Assembly (NCBI GenBank): GCA_963796965.1
Contig: CAWCNS010000009.1
Location: 128,001 to 192,000, forward strand
Reading direction: 5' to 3'
Origin: Calditrichia bacterium
Lineage (GTDB): Bacteria; Calditrichota; Calditrichia; JAJRVZ01
DNA: 64,000 nt
The notes beneath the pieces were generated by a model. That model was not told the origin of the DNA, made no database searches, and saw nothing but the letters and a program-made list of their open reading frames with translations. Positions within the stretch are counted from its first letter, which is position 1. The number at the start of each line of letters is the position of its first letter. The translations under genes were made by a program, and so were the position numbers. This document shows, piece by piece, positions 8,669 to 19,846 of this stretch.

Positions 8669-11600
8669 TTGTATTTTCCAGGACCTCCTCTTTATCCACA
8701 AGTAACTGAACCAAAGTTTGATACATATCCAATTAACGTCCCCAGATGCATCATTCAGGATTCATTTGGATTTATATGGATCGGTACCTTTGATGGACTA
8801 ATCCGCTATGATGGATATACGTTTAAACAGTATACGCATATTCCTTTCGATTCGACCTCTCTCTCAAATAATTGGGTGATGGATATAAAAGAAGACCAAG
8901 GGGGAATTTATGGATCGGAACTTTTGGTGGCGGATTGAACTATTTTAATCAGCGGACTGAAACTTTTTCTCTTTTAACACCATAATTTTAATTATGTGAG
9001 TAACTTTATAACTAAAATAATTGTCAATGAAGATGGTTCCCTATGGATGGGTGGCATCGGTCGGGTTTAACCCTGTTAAAAAAGAATCCGGATGGTTCAT
9101 TTCACTTTACGAACTTTGCATTTGGTGATAAATCAAAAACCGACTTATTTGGAATATTAAATTCCGCCTTAACCCTTCATAAAGATACAGATGGTATAAT
9201 CTGGATTGGTTCTACAACTGAAGGCTTAATCCGTTTCAATCCCCAAGCGGCGGAAATGAAATTTTATACACACGATCCGAAGAATCCCAAAAGTATTAGT
9301 TCAAATACTATCAGCGTGATATCTGAGGACAACTTTGGGAACTTATGGTTAGGTACAGGACATCCTAATATACCTCCCGGGGTTGGACAGGGATTGAATA
9401 AGTTTAACCGCAAAACCGGAGAATTTATACATTTCAAACATGATCCATCACAAAAAAACAGCATTTGCTCAAACACCATCAGTTCCCTGCTCATAGACTA
9501 TTCCGGAACTATGTGGATTGGGAGCATCGACAATTATCTTAATTCTATTTCTCTCAACGATCTTTTATCAAAAGATCGCCCTGAATTTAAGCACTATATA
9601 AACCTTTCCCGCAATATGGTTACTTCTCTCTATGAAGATCAGCTTGACAATATCTGGATTGGTGTATTCGGAATGGAGTTATATAAAATTGACCGCCAGA
9701 GAAAATCCTTTGCCCTGCATAACAGATCCGATAACTATCCGGAATCTCTAACCCATTCAGACGTGATCAGCCTTTATGTGGATAAATCAGGTAGGGTATG
9801 GTTCGGTACCAGGGGATTGGATATTTATAATCCAAGCACTCAAAAATATTCTCATTATTACGCTACTCCTGGTGATAGCAGTGGTTTAAGTGACAACTGG
9901 ATTACCGGTATTCAGGAGGATGAAAAGGGACATTTCTGGATAACCACTAGCAATGGAGGGATCAATATTTTTAATCCGGATAGAGGCACATTTAAACATA
10001 TTATCCAACAATAAACGATTCCACCGCATTAATTTCCAATTCAATAAAGTACTTATTAAAGAGTCAAAATGGTGATTTCTGGATCGGTACAGCTAATGCC
10101 GGCATTCAGTTATACCAGAACAAAACAGGCAACTTTATTCATTTTGATCTGGATCCCGATACCGATGAAGATTTGCCTATATATACCATGTGTGAAGATA
10201 ACCAGGAATACCCTTTGGGTCGGTACAATGAATGCCGGAATGTATGGAATGTCATTTCATGGATTGGGGAATGCTAAAGTTGTCAATTACAAATATAATC
10301 CCGAAGACAAGCAAAGTTTAAGCTGTAATTCGGTTGCAGATATAATCCAGCCTCAGGTTGTTGATACAAATGCCCTTTGGATTGGTACGGATGCCGGGCT
10401 TAATCGCTTTGACCTAAAAAAAAAGACGTTCTCACATTATTTCAGATCTGATGGATTGTCTTCCGATCACATATTGAGGATTTTAGAGGATGATCATGGG
10501 AATATCTGGTGTGCAACGACTAATGGTATTTCCGTTTATGACATCCGCTCAGGAAAAATCAAAAGCTATGGCAAAGGTGATGGGATGCCATTTACCGATT
10601 TCAGTAACCTGGGTCCCAATGCCATAAAGGGTCCGGATGGCCAATTATTTTTTTCCGGTGTTTCCGGTGCTCTCAGTTTCTACCCTGATCAACTTGCGGA
10701 CAATCCAAACATCCCACCTATCCAAATAACCGATTTCAAGTTCTTCCATGAAAGTACCCGCCTAGATACTTCCATTCAGTTCAAGAAAACAATTACTCTA
10801 ACAGGCTTCTCAAAATTCTTTTACTTTTGAATTTGCCGCACTCAACTTTACCAATCCTGAAAAAAACCAGTATGCTTATAAAATGGAAGGTTTCCATGGT
10901 GACTGGATAAATATCGGCAATAAGCGCACGGCCACTTTCACAAATCTTGATCCGGGCGAATATGTGTTCTGGGTAAAAGGCTCTAACAATCACGGCATCT
11001 GGAATAAGAAGGGAACTAATTCAAGGTAATTATTTTGCCTCCCTGGTGGCGGACGACCTGGGCATATCTTATATATCTTTTTCTTTTGATCTTGCTTATT
11101 ACGCTCTGCGCACTACGATCAAAAACGCCAGCGTCTGAAACACCAATTAGCGCTGGAACATGAGTATACCGAGAATCTGCAGGAAATCGACCACATGAAA
11201 TCACGTTTTTTTGCCAATATTTCTCACGAATTCCGTACACCGTTAACACTTATTCTCGGACCGATTAAAAAATGGTTGCCACAGTTACGAAACCGTGATC
11301 TAAAACAGGATCTACAAATGATGCAGCGCAATGCGAATCGTTTATTCCGGCTGATCAATCAACTACTGGACCTATCCCGTCTGGAATCGGGTGGCATGAC
11401 CCTGCAAATCCGGGAAGAAGATATCGTACAATACTCAGAGGATATGTCCAGTCCTTTGAGTCATTAGCGAGGATAAAAAAAATTAATCTCGATTTTGTCA
11501 GTTGAAAACGAATCAATCAAAGTATATATAGATCGTGATAAGATAGAAAAGATCATGAATAACCTGCTGTCCAATGCCTTTAAATTTACACCGGAGGGAG

Positions 11601-12815
11601 GAACAGTTAGTGTATCACTCGAACACCCCCCTCAATCTCCCCCCTTGATAGGGGGGAAGTCAATCTTTCCCCATTAAAAAAGGGGGACAAAGTAAGGGGA
11701 TTGCTCATTTATAAAAATCATTGTCACCAACACCGGTTCCTATATTCCTCCTGAAAAAATCGCTCATATCTTTGACCGGTTCTATCAGGCGGACGATTCT
11801 ACTATACGGGGACATGAGGGCAGTGGCATCGGGCTGGCTTTAACAAAGGAGTTGGTCGAATTACATCATGGCCAAATTAGGGTGGAGAGTAGCATCGATA
11901 AAGGGACTACTTTCACCGTTAGCCTACCGATGGGCAAAGAACATTTAAAAGAAATGGAAATTAGTCCGTCAGCACCACCTTCCTCACATAAATTTGAAAC
12001 GAGTTATTATATGAAACGGAAGCAGTAGGAAATGTCCGGCCAAAAGCCAGGAAAAAATCACCCTTAATCATGATCATCGAAGATAATCCCGATGTACGTT
12101 TTTATATTCGCGGGCATCTGGAATCCTCTTTCCGGATTATTGAGGCCGGTGAAGGGAATAAAGGATTAAAATTAGCGATAAAAAAAATTCCGGATCTGAT
12201 TATTAGTGATGTAATGATGCCGGGGATGGATGGATTTGAATTGTGCCAAAAATTAAAAACGGACGAGCGTACCAGCCATATTCCTGTAATTCTCTTAACC
12301 GCCAGAGCGACAACAGAAGATAAGATCAATGGCCTGGAAACCGGTGCTGACGATTATCTGACCAAACCTTTTGACGCCGATGAGTTACGGGTGCGGATTA
12401 AATAATTTAATTACCCAAAGAGAGAAATTGCGTAATCATTACCTGAAAACACATCAACTTGATTCGAATAATGTGGCAGTAACTCCGACAGACAAAGTAT
12501 TTATATCTAAAATTATTTCCATTACGGATACACATCTGGCAGAACCAGACTATAGCATCGAATCATTGGCCCGGGATGTGGGTTTTAGCCACTCTCAATT
12601 GATACGTAAATTGGAAAGTTTAACCGGTTTAACACCCAGTCTCTTTATCCGCTCCCGACGCTTGATTCACGCCAAACAATTATTGGATCAAAAAGCAGGT
12701 AATATTTCGCAGATTGCCTACGATTGCGGATTTAATAATTTGTCCTATTTCTCGCGAAGTTTTAAAGACTCAGTTTGGACAACTTCCTTCGGACTATATC
12801 AAAGACCCGCATTAA
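8669..12815 (+). CDS. Second hybrid two-component sensor/regulator, heavily frameshifted (true start probably slightly upstream)
   Basis: Consecutive ORF fragments give propeller repeats, [41 protein letters not shown] and an AraC HTH ([21 protein letters not shown]). Confidence 0.85.
11623..11700. repeat. REP-like palindrome inside the HATPase-coding region
   Basis: cacccccctcaatctccccccttgataggggggaag...ccccattaaaaaaggggga...aagggga; related to intergenic elements at 26770 and 63221. Confidence 0.6.
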
Positions 12816-13057
12816 TTGCCTGTCACCTATTTAGTAAACTGTTTTTTCTCCCATTTACGATCAAAATACATAGATGTTACGATGAGCGGAGTGAACGTCA
12901 CAGGACTACAATGGTTTGACATAAGAATAAATTTCTTATTAACCATATACATCTATACACATTATGTTATCTTAACATTTGATAAATCACCTCTTTATGA
13001 AAATCAGTACCTATGTCAATACGATTAATTATCCAATATCCGATCAAATGCAAAATA

Positions 13058-13087
13058 AGTGTTAAAGATTGCGCAATGAGTGTTAGA
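13058..13087 (+). promoter_or_regulatory. Candidate AraC/HTCS operator: direct repeat with 21-bp period
   Basis: AGTGTTAAA at 13058 and AGTGTTAGA at 13079, about 70 nt upstream of the beta-helix gene. Confidence 0.5.
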
Positions 13088-13152
13088 CTTTAGCAGTAGT
13101 AATTTATATTATTCTCCTGAGTTCCTATAATAAGGCATTTTAAAAAAGGAGA

Positions 13153-16100
13153 TTGGTCATGAAAACTATTTTAGCAATTTGCATTATACTTGTTGTTGCC
13201 TTTTCAGCCCGGGCAGATAATCTAAATGTCCCACAAGATTATTCCACTATTCAGGAAGCAATCAATTCCGCGCAACAGGGGGATATGGTATTGGTGGCCG
13301 AAGGTACCTATCTGGAAAATATCAATTTCAAAGGTAAAGCGATTACCGTTGCCAGTCATTATATCCTGGATCAGGATACCTCACATATATCCGCAACGAT
13401 AATCGATGGCAGTCAGCGGTCACATCCCGATAGCGGATCAGTGGTTTATTTTACGTCCGGAGAAGATACAACCTCGGTATTACAAGGTTTTACAATAACC
13501 GGCGGAACAGGTACGGTTACATTCGGAGGCGGTGAGAGATTAGCAAGAATGGGGGGTGGTATTTGTATAATGGACGCAGGTGCTAAAATAAGCCATAACT
13601 ATATTTGTAATAATTCTGTTACCGATTCATTTGTAGTAATTGGTGGTGGGTTAACAGCTGGTCCACCTACGTCTAACTCACTAGTTATTATAGAAAATAA
13701 TACTTTTGACTCGAATTCTTGTCTTAGAAGTATTTTCGCCTCAAACGGAGGGGGAATGAGTATTGTTATGAAGGCCAGGATATATAATAATACTTTCAGC
13801 AATAATTTTGTTTCTTCTGACTCAGGGGAAGCCTTTGGCGGAGGATTTCTAGTTGCTTATAATTTAGATTCTACTCTGATATATAATAATTTAATAACCA
13901 ATAATAAAGTCGAAACTTTATATGGTACAGGTCCTTTTGATGGTGCCTTGGGCGGCGGAATTATGGTTTGGAATGATATGACTTCATATGTCCGAATTGT
14001 GAATAATATAGTAGCTGATAATGAAGTAAGCAGTTCGATTTGGTCAGCAGGCGCTGGCATTTGTTTTGAAGATGTGAGCGGAGATATTCTTTTTTCAAAC
14101 AACCTTGTTTATGATAATTTTTATAGTGGCCTAGCTGAATGTCATGGAACCGGTATAGGCATTCAGGACAATACAGTGCTTAGTATTGTAAATAATACCA
14201 TAACAGGTAATGAAGCTTCTCCGAATGGGGGTGCTCTAAGCACCTGGAAAACAATTTCTACAAAAGCAATGAATAATATCTTTTGGGGAAACAGCATGGG
14301 ATCCTCAAAACCGGAAATTGCTATTTGGGAAGGAGAACCTGCTGATATTGTTTATTCCAATATCCAGGGCGGTTGGACGGGCGAAGGAAATATTGATGTG
14401 AATCCACGATTTACCGATAGCCTTTTCCATCTTTCAGATTCCAGCCGATGCATTGGTGCTGGTAGTGCCTCCCATAATTTTTCTGGAGCTATAGTTACCG
14501 CTCCCGGCGATGATTTTAGCGGCGACGTCCGACCAAATCCTGCCGGCAGCCATCCCGATATGGGCGCCATGGAAAATGAGCGAGCGGTTCCGCTTTTATC
14601 GGTAATCCAAATCCCGGAAGATTATCAAACCATACAGGCGGGCGTCGATGCTGCCGAGGATGGCGATACGGTCCTGGTGGCCGAAGGGACTTATTATGAA
14701 AATATTATCATCCAATCCAAGGATATTACCCTGGCCAGTTATTTTTTAATGGATGGTGACACCAGTCATATATCAGGAACCGTCATTAATGGCAGCCAGC
14801 CTGTTAATACAGATACGGCAAGTGTGGTAACCATTTTGAATAGTCCGGACGCCAATGTACTTTGTGGATTTACCATAACCGGTGGTGGTGGTCATAAAAA
14901 TATATTTGGCGAATCATTCGTTGCCCGGGGAGGCGGTGGGATCCAGATTTTAGGCTCAAGTGCTACGATTACAAATAATCATATTATTAACAATGTAATT
15001 AACGACAGATATAATCCGGAAGGCGTTGACGGTGCTCAGGGAGGGGGCATCCTCTTTACTTCTATAAGCCCTATTAGCGGTTTGACATTAAACCTGTCTA
15101 ATAATTTAATTGCGGGTAATCGTGTTGAATCGGCAATGACCGGAGGAGGTGCATTATCGATTGATTATCCATACAAAGATATAACATTGAATTTTATCAT
15201 TGAAAAAAATATAATCAAGGACAATACAATTATAAATACAGACGACTGGAAAGCGATGGGTGGAGGGATTTTCCTAGGTTTTTATCTTCCAACAGAAGGG
15301 ACTCAAATCATCAGAAATAACATCATCAGCAACAATCGGGCTATTTGTAACGTTCCTTCAAAACATAGTTTCGGCGGCGGAATGTATATTGTATTGGTAG
15401 AATCTATTAATGACGGAGCAGTAGATTATAATCCAGGGCCTTATATTTATAATAATATTATAAGCGGAAATCATTCTGATTATCTTGGTGGCGGCGTATC
15501 TGTCTGGCGCGGGTATAAATCAACCCCTAGTTCATTATTTACACCATTAGGATCTGCTGGCCATTACACACCAAAACCTTCTTTTGTCAACAACACCATT
15601 GTCAATAATACAGCCCTGGACGGATCAGGATTTTATATCATGAACCACAAACCTTTTCTGATGAATAATATTATCTGGAATATTTATCCTCCAGATGCTG
15701 TGTGGGGTGAGATCTTTTTAGGTGACGAGCCACAATGGACCGAATGGGTTGAACCCAACAAATATGGTGACGCTGAAATTTATTATACGGATATTCAGGG
15801 CGGTTGGGATAAGGGCCAGGGGAATATAAACATTGATCCACAATTTATTCCGGGTGATTCCCTATATCGGCTTACAGATACCGGTGATACCAGCATGTGT
15901 CTGAATACGGGTATTGACAGCATTGAAATTGATGGTACGGTATATCAAGCACCCTCGACTGATTATGCCGGTAAAACCCGGCCGCAGCCGACAGGGACGC
16001 CTCCCGATATGGGGGCCTGGGAATCGGACGTGGTTAATTCCCTGGAAGAATTAGAGGGTTTACCCTTTCCAAAATCTTTTACTTTAAAGCAAAATTACCC

Positions 16101-16338
16101 TAATCCTTTCAATCCGACGACGACCATCGAATTTCAGATTCCTAATTCCCAGTCCGTCACATTAAAAATCTACAATCTCCTTGGCCAACAAGTTTCAACC
16201 TTAGTTTCTGAAAAATTAAAAGCAGGAAATTATGCATACAAATGGAATGCATCTGGTTTCGCCAGTGGCGTATATTACTATAGACTAGAGGTACATGGGA
16301 AGTATGTGCAAACCAAAAAGCTCGTATTACTGAAATAA
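13153..16338 (+). CDS. Secreted protein with two tandem beta-helix (pectin lyase-like) modules and a C-terminal secretion sorting (T9SS type A-like) domain
   Basis: Signal peptide; duplicated VP.DY.TIQ..I..A..GD.VLVAEGTY.ENI module, each ending PDMGA.E; GGGI/NN repeats; C-terminal LKQNYPNPFNPTTTIEF...TKKLVLLK. Confidence 0.9.
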   Translation: MVMKTILAICIILVVAFSARADNLNVPQDYSTIQEAINSAQQGDMVLVAEGTYLENINFKGKAITVASHYILDQDTSHISATIIDGSQRSHPDSGSVVYFTSGEDTTSVLQGFTITGGTGTVTFGGGERLARMGGGICIMDAGAKISHNYICNNSVTDSFVVIGGGLTAGPPTSNSLVIIENNTFDSNSCLRSIFASNGGGMSIVMKARIYNNTFSNNFVSSDSGEAFGGGFLVAYNLDSTLIYNNLITNNKVETLYGTGPFDGALGGGIMVWNDMTSYVRIVNNIVADNEVSSSIWSAGAGICFEDVSGDILFSNNLVYDNFYSGLAECHGTGIGIQDNTVLSIVNNTITGNEASPNGGALSTWKTISTKAMNNIFWGNSMGSSKPEIAIWEGEPADIVYSNIQGGWTGEGNIDVNPRFTDSLFHLSDSSRCIGAGSASHNFSGAIVTAPGDDFSGDVRPNPAGSHPDMGAMENERAVPLLSVIQIPEDYQTIQAGVDAAEDGDTVLVAEGTYYENIIIQSKDITLASYFLMDGDTSHISGTVINGSQPVNTDTASVVTILNSPDANVLCGFTITGGGGHKNIFGESFVARGGGGIQILGSSATITNNHIINNVINDRYNPEGVDGAQGGGILFTSISPISGLTLNLSNNLIAGNRVESAMTGGGALSIDYPYKDITLNFIIEKNIIKDNTIINTDDWKAMGGGIFLGFYLPTEGTQIIRNNIISNNRAICNVPSKHSFGGGMYIVLVESINDGAVDYNPGPYIYNNIISGNHSDYLGGGVSVWRGYKSTPSSLFTPLGSAGHYTPKPSFVNNTIVNNTALDGSGFYIMNHKPFLMNNIIWNIYPPDAVWGEIFLGDEPQWTEWVEPNKYGDAEIYYTDIQGGWDKGQGNINIDPQFIPGDSLYRLTDTGDTSMCLNTGIDSIEIDGTVYQAPSTDYAGKTRPQPTGTPPDMGAWESDVVNSLEELEGLPFPKSFTLKQNYPNPFNPTTTIEFQIPNSQSVTLKIYNLLGQQVSTLVSEKLKAGNYAYKWNASGFASGVYYYRLEVHGKYVQTKKLVLLK

Positions 16339-16362
16339 ACAGAAATCATCCCGATTTATCAG

Positions 16363-16438
16363 GGCGGCTTATATTTATACCGCCTGGAAACAGATAATGG
16401 ATTTGTACAAACTAAAAAGACTTTTGTTGATAAAATGA
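16363..16438 (+). pseudogene. Orphan second copy of the sorting-domain tail
   Basis: Translates GGLYLYRLETDNGFVQTKK-(shift)-LLIK-stop, matching SGVYYYRLEVHGKYVQTKKLVLLK just upstream. Confidence 0.65.
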
Positions 16439-16473
16439 GAATGGGTAATATAATTGTAGAGTATTCTTAAAAT

Positions 16474-16863
16474 TTACCATATTCGATAAATCGAATATAA
16501 ATCATAATTTTTATCCGATGTAATCACAGGCAAATTTTCATACATAGCCTGAGAAATAATCAGCCGGTCAAAGGGATCCCGGTGATGAGATGGGTAATTT
16601 TTCCAGAGGGATACAAATGCTCAGGGAAAATATATGGAGATTTGAATATTATTATTTATCACATGTTGTTCAACAAAATGATTCAATACTTGATTTTATT
16701 TCCAGTTCCTGGAGACTGGATTTAATAGATATCTCCCAAATACTTGCCAAACTTAGAAAAATAATATTTTTTTTCATCAAGATAGATGTTCTTTGCTTTC
16801 CTGCTCAGACGATGATCATCCGTCAAAATCCAAAGAAGTGCAGCGTGTATCCAATAAATACTA

Positions 16864-16865
<2 letters not shown>
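16474..16865 (-). CDS. vapC: VapC/PIN-domain toxin, frameshifted
   Basis: Manual translation across frames: YLLDT..LLWILTDDHRLSRKAK...FLSLASIWEISIK...HHRDPFDRLIISQAMYENLPVITSD...RIW. Confidence 0.75.
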
Positions 16866-17106
<241 letters not shown>

Positions 17107-17161
17107 TTAGTCAACAATATGACCAAGTTAATATATTGTACACTGAAATGTAATCTTTTTT

Positions 17162-18273
17162 CTATATTTTTATAAATATCTTCTTCCGGTAAAGCAGCCA
17201 GGCAACACCATACAATAACAAAACAAAACTAAGGGCAAATGCCAGGGAAGCGATCTTTGGTTCCATCCAGGAAGCAAATAAACTCTCATAAATCACTTTC
17301 TTAAGGGGCAAATCTCTTCTCCTATTTTTATATAGTACAAGAGTCTGGCCAGGATACCGGAAAGAACATAAACCGTAATCGCATTCATGCCGTAGATAAT
17401 AAATGGTTTCGTCCATTTTCGATATCCCTTAACATCGGCCAGATAATAACAAAAGGCCAATACGATTAAAGCCATGCCGGTCATGATCACCGTATAAGAA
17501 CTTGTCCAGATATTTTTGTTTATAGGCAACCATTGATTCCAGATCACACCAATCCAAAGAGCCAGATTTCCATAGAGAAACATTTGCACGGTTTTTTCCA
17601 ACTGACTTTTTTTCGATCGAAGCATATGTCCGGTGAGCACACCAAACAGGGTCATGGAAATGGCCGGCAATGTACTGAATACCCCCTCCGGATCCCATGT
17701 TTTCGTATACGTCCACATATGACCATTAAGCACCAACTGATCAATATAGGCCGAAAAGTTCTGCCCTTTCTCATACAGGCCTGCCCCTATCCCGGGAACA
17801 GGATACCAGGCCATAAAAGCCCAGTAGACAAAAAGAAGTCCAATTGCCCAAATCCATTGCGCCCGTTTGCCACTATGGAGATAGATGAGCGAAACTATAA
17901 AGTAACAGACGGCTATTCGTTGTAAAACCCCAGGAATCCGGATAGTCGAAAAATCATAATAAGGGAATCCACTTAAAAATAATCCCAACCCAAAAAGAAT
18001 TAAAGTCCGTCTGACTATCTTTTTATAGAGATTAATTTTGGATGTACTTGCTATTACCCTATCTGAGAAAGCATAAACAATTGCCACACCAACGATGAAG
18101 AGAAAAAAGGGAAAGATCAAATCTGTAAAGGTCCAGCCATGCCATTTTGCATGTAAAAAGGGGGCATAAACATTTCCCCAGTCCCCGGGATTGTTAACCA
18201 GAATCATCGCCGCGATAGTGGCCCCCCGGAACACATCTAAAGAAACCAGTCTTTCTTTTACTATTGATGTCAT
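17162..18273 (-). CDS. Heparan-alpha-glucosaminide N-acetyltransferase-like (DUF5009/NagX-type) membrane protein, one frameshift near the 3' end
   Basis: RLVSLDVFRGATIAAMILVNNPG, HAKWHGWTFTDLIFPFFLFIVG, DPEG, PINKNIWTSSY; tail LYRKKIFIKI. Confidence 0.88.
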
Positions 18274-18320
18274 AAAAATCCTCTATCTTCATATATGGAT
18301 TAGATGTGTATTCTTTTTTT

Positions 18321-18422
18321 CACACAGAGACGCAAAGTCACAAAGAAGGCACTAAGATCACAAAGTTTTAAATAAGGAATTTTTCTTTGTGCACTCTGTG
18401 CCTTCTTTGTGAACTTTGTGTT
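18321..18422. repeat. Short tandem inverted-repeat element (CACAAAG family)
   Basis: cacaaagaaggcactaagatcacaaag ... ctttgtgcactctgtgccttctttgtgaactttgtg around an AT-rich spacer. Confidence 0.75.
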
Positions 18423-18730
18423 TATAATCAGACTAAAAATTAATTACACAATTAGAATATAAGCGCCATCTAAATATATAAATTGTCTGTATGAATCAAT
18501 TGGTTAATTTAGGGAATAACCGGATATACTTCCATATAATATATAGCTTCTGATACTTTAGTACCATGGCTCAGAAATACTGCTAAGAATCTTTCTAAAA
18601 AGAGTCTTTCATTTATCAAAATATAGCTTTATTTTAATTTCTATCTAACCGGGGTGAATGATTATTCAATAATATACAGATTAAGGCCAGATGGATGAGA
18701 TCTTTTTTATGGAAATTGTAAATCTTTTGG

Positions 18731-18742
18731 GCAAACGTTTGC
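18731..18742. promoter_or_regulatory. Candidate LacI-family operator
   Basis: Perfect palindrome GCAAACGTTTGC about 105 nt upstream of the first sugar-cluster gene. Confidence 0.55.
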
Positions 18743-18846
18743 ACGAAATTGATTCCATGGGTATATTATAGGAATTTCCCATCATTAAGATACGTAATCT
18801 CACACGATCAACATAAATATTTATGATTCCATGAAAGGATAAAAAA

Positions 18847-19473
18847 ATGTTCAAATTATTTCTGATTAGTCTGCTGGCTCTGCTCCTTCTAATTTCTTGT
18901 GCCACACAAGACAAAAATGAACCAGCCAAGGCAGATACTAATGCTGGTGAGTGGATCCCATTGATTAAGGCAAACAGCCTTGATGGTTGGTTCGTACGCG
19001 GAAAAGCGACCTGGCAAGTCAAAGATGGCGTCCTGATGGGTGATGGTGGTATGGGTCATATTTATGCTGATCCCGTACTTACAGACCTGGAAGTTAAGGG
19101 TCAATTTCGTGTCAGCGAGAATGGCAATAGCGGTCTTTATTTCAGAGCAAATCCTCCCGAAGATAATCCGGACGGCTTCCCAAAAGGATACGAATCCCAA
19201 ATCGATAATCACCAGGATGCCCACACGGCCTGGATCTGGAAACCAGGCAATCCTTCTGCAAAAGCCAATAAATTAATCACAAAAGATAATGAATGGTTTG
19301 AAATGCATGTGAAGGTTGTCGGCGATCACATCCAGGTGTGGGTCAACGGTGAAAAAATGACGGATTACCGTGACACAGACTATACCAAGGGTCATTTTGC
19401 TATCCAGGGACATAATCCCGGTATGACGATTGAGATTAAAGATCTGGTTTACAAAGATTTGTCTGGAAAATAA
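18847..19473 (+). CDS. DUF1080 (3-keto-glycoside hydrolase/hydratase family) lipoprotein
   Basis: Lipobox LISC; NSGLYFR, GYESQID, W..M.VKVVGDHIQVWVNG, GHFAIQGH. Confidence 0.88.
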   Translation: MFKLFLISLLALLLLISCATQDKNEPAKADTNAGEWIPLIKANSLDGWFVRGKATWQVKDGVLMGDGGMGHIYADPVLTDLEVKGQFRVSENGNSGLYFRANPPEDNPDGFPKGYESQIDNHQDAHTAWIWKPGNPSAKANKLITKDNEWFEMHVKVVGDHIQVWVNGEKMTDYRDTDYTKGHFAIQGHNPGMTIEIKDLVYKDLSGK

Positions 19474-19498
19474 AGAGTTAGCAATTTTTCGAGACGTG

Positions 19499-19531
19499 TA
19501 TTTCACGCAGCGACGCAGCGACGCTACGCGT
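19499..19531. repeat. Solo left arm of the TATTTCACGC..GACGC tandem-repeat element
   Basis: tatttcacgcagcgacgcagcgacgctacg, nearly the reverse complement of the right arm at 30325-30352. Confidence 0.65.
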
Positions 19532-19846
19532 AAATATAATTTTATTATCTATAGTAACTTGGAAACATTACCCGATTCAATTGAACCTTCCTAAGTTCTC
19601 CGGATGAGGACAGGTATTTATTCCAGGTGTAAAGAAATTATCATTCAAGTTTAATTTTGACTTAATAATTCTCTTTATCAAAGATACTTTTAAAATGGTC
19701 TATTTGATTGAGAGTCTTCCTTGAAACATTTTTTTCATATATGTAATGCAGGGCTTTCTAAACCAATTAATACGGAAAGATATACGTAAAACTTCGCCCA
19801 TGTAAGAAGTTTCTGGTATTTTTTTGCTAACAATAGAAGGCGGTAA

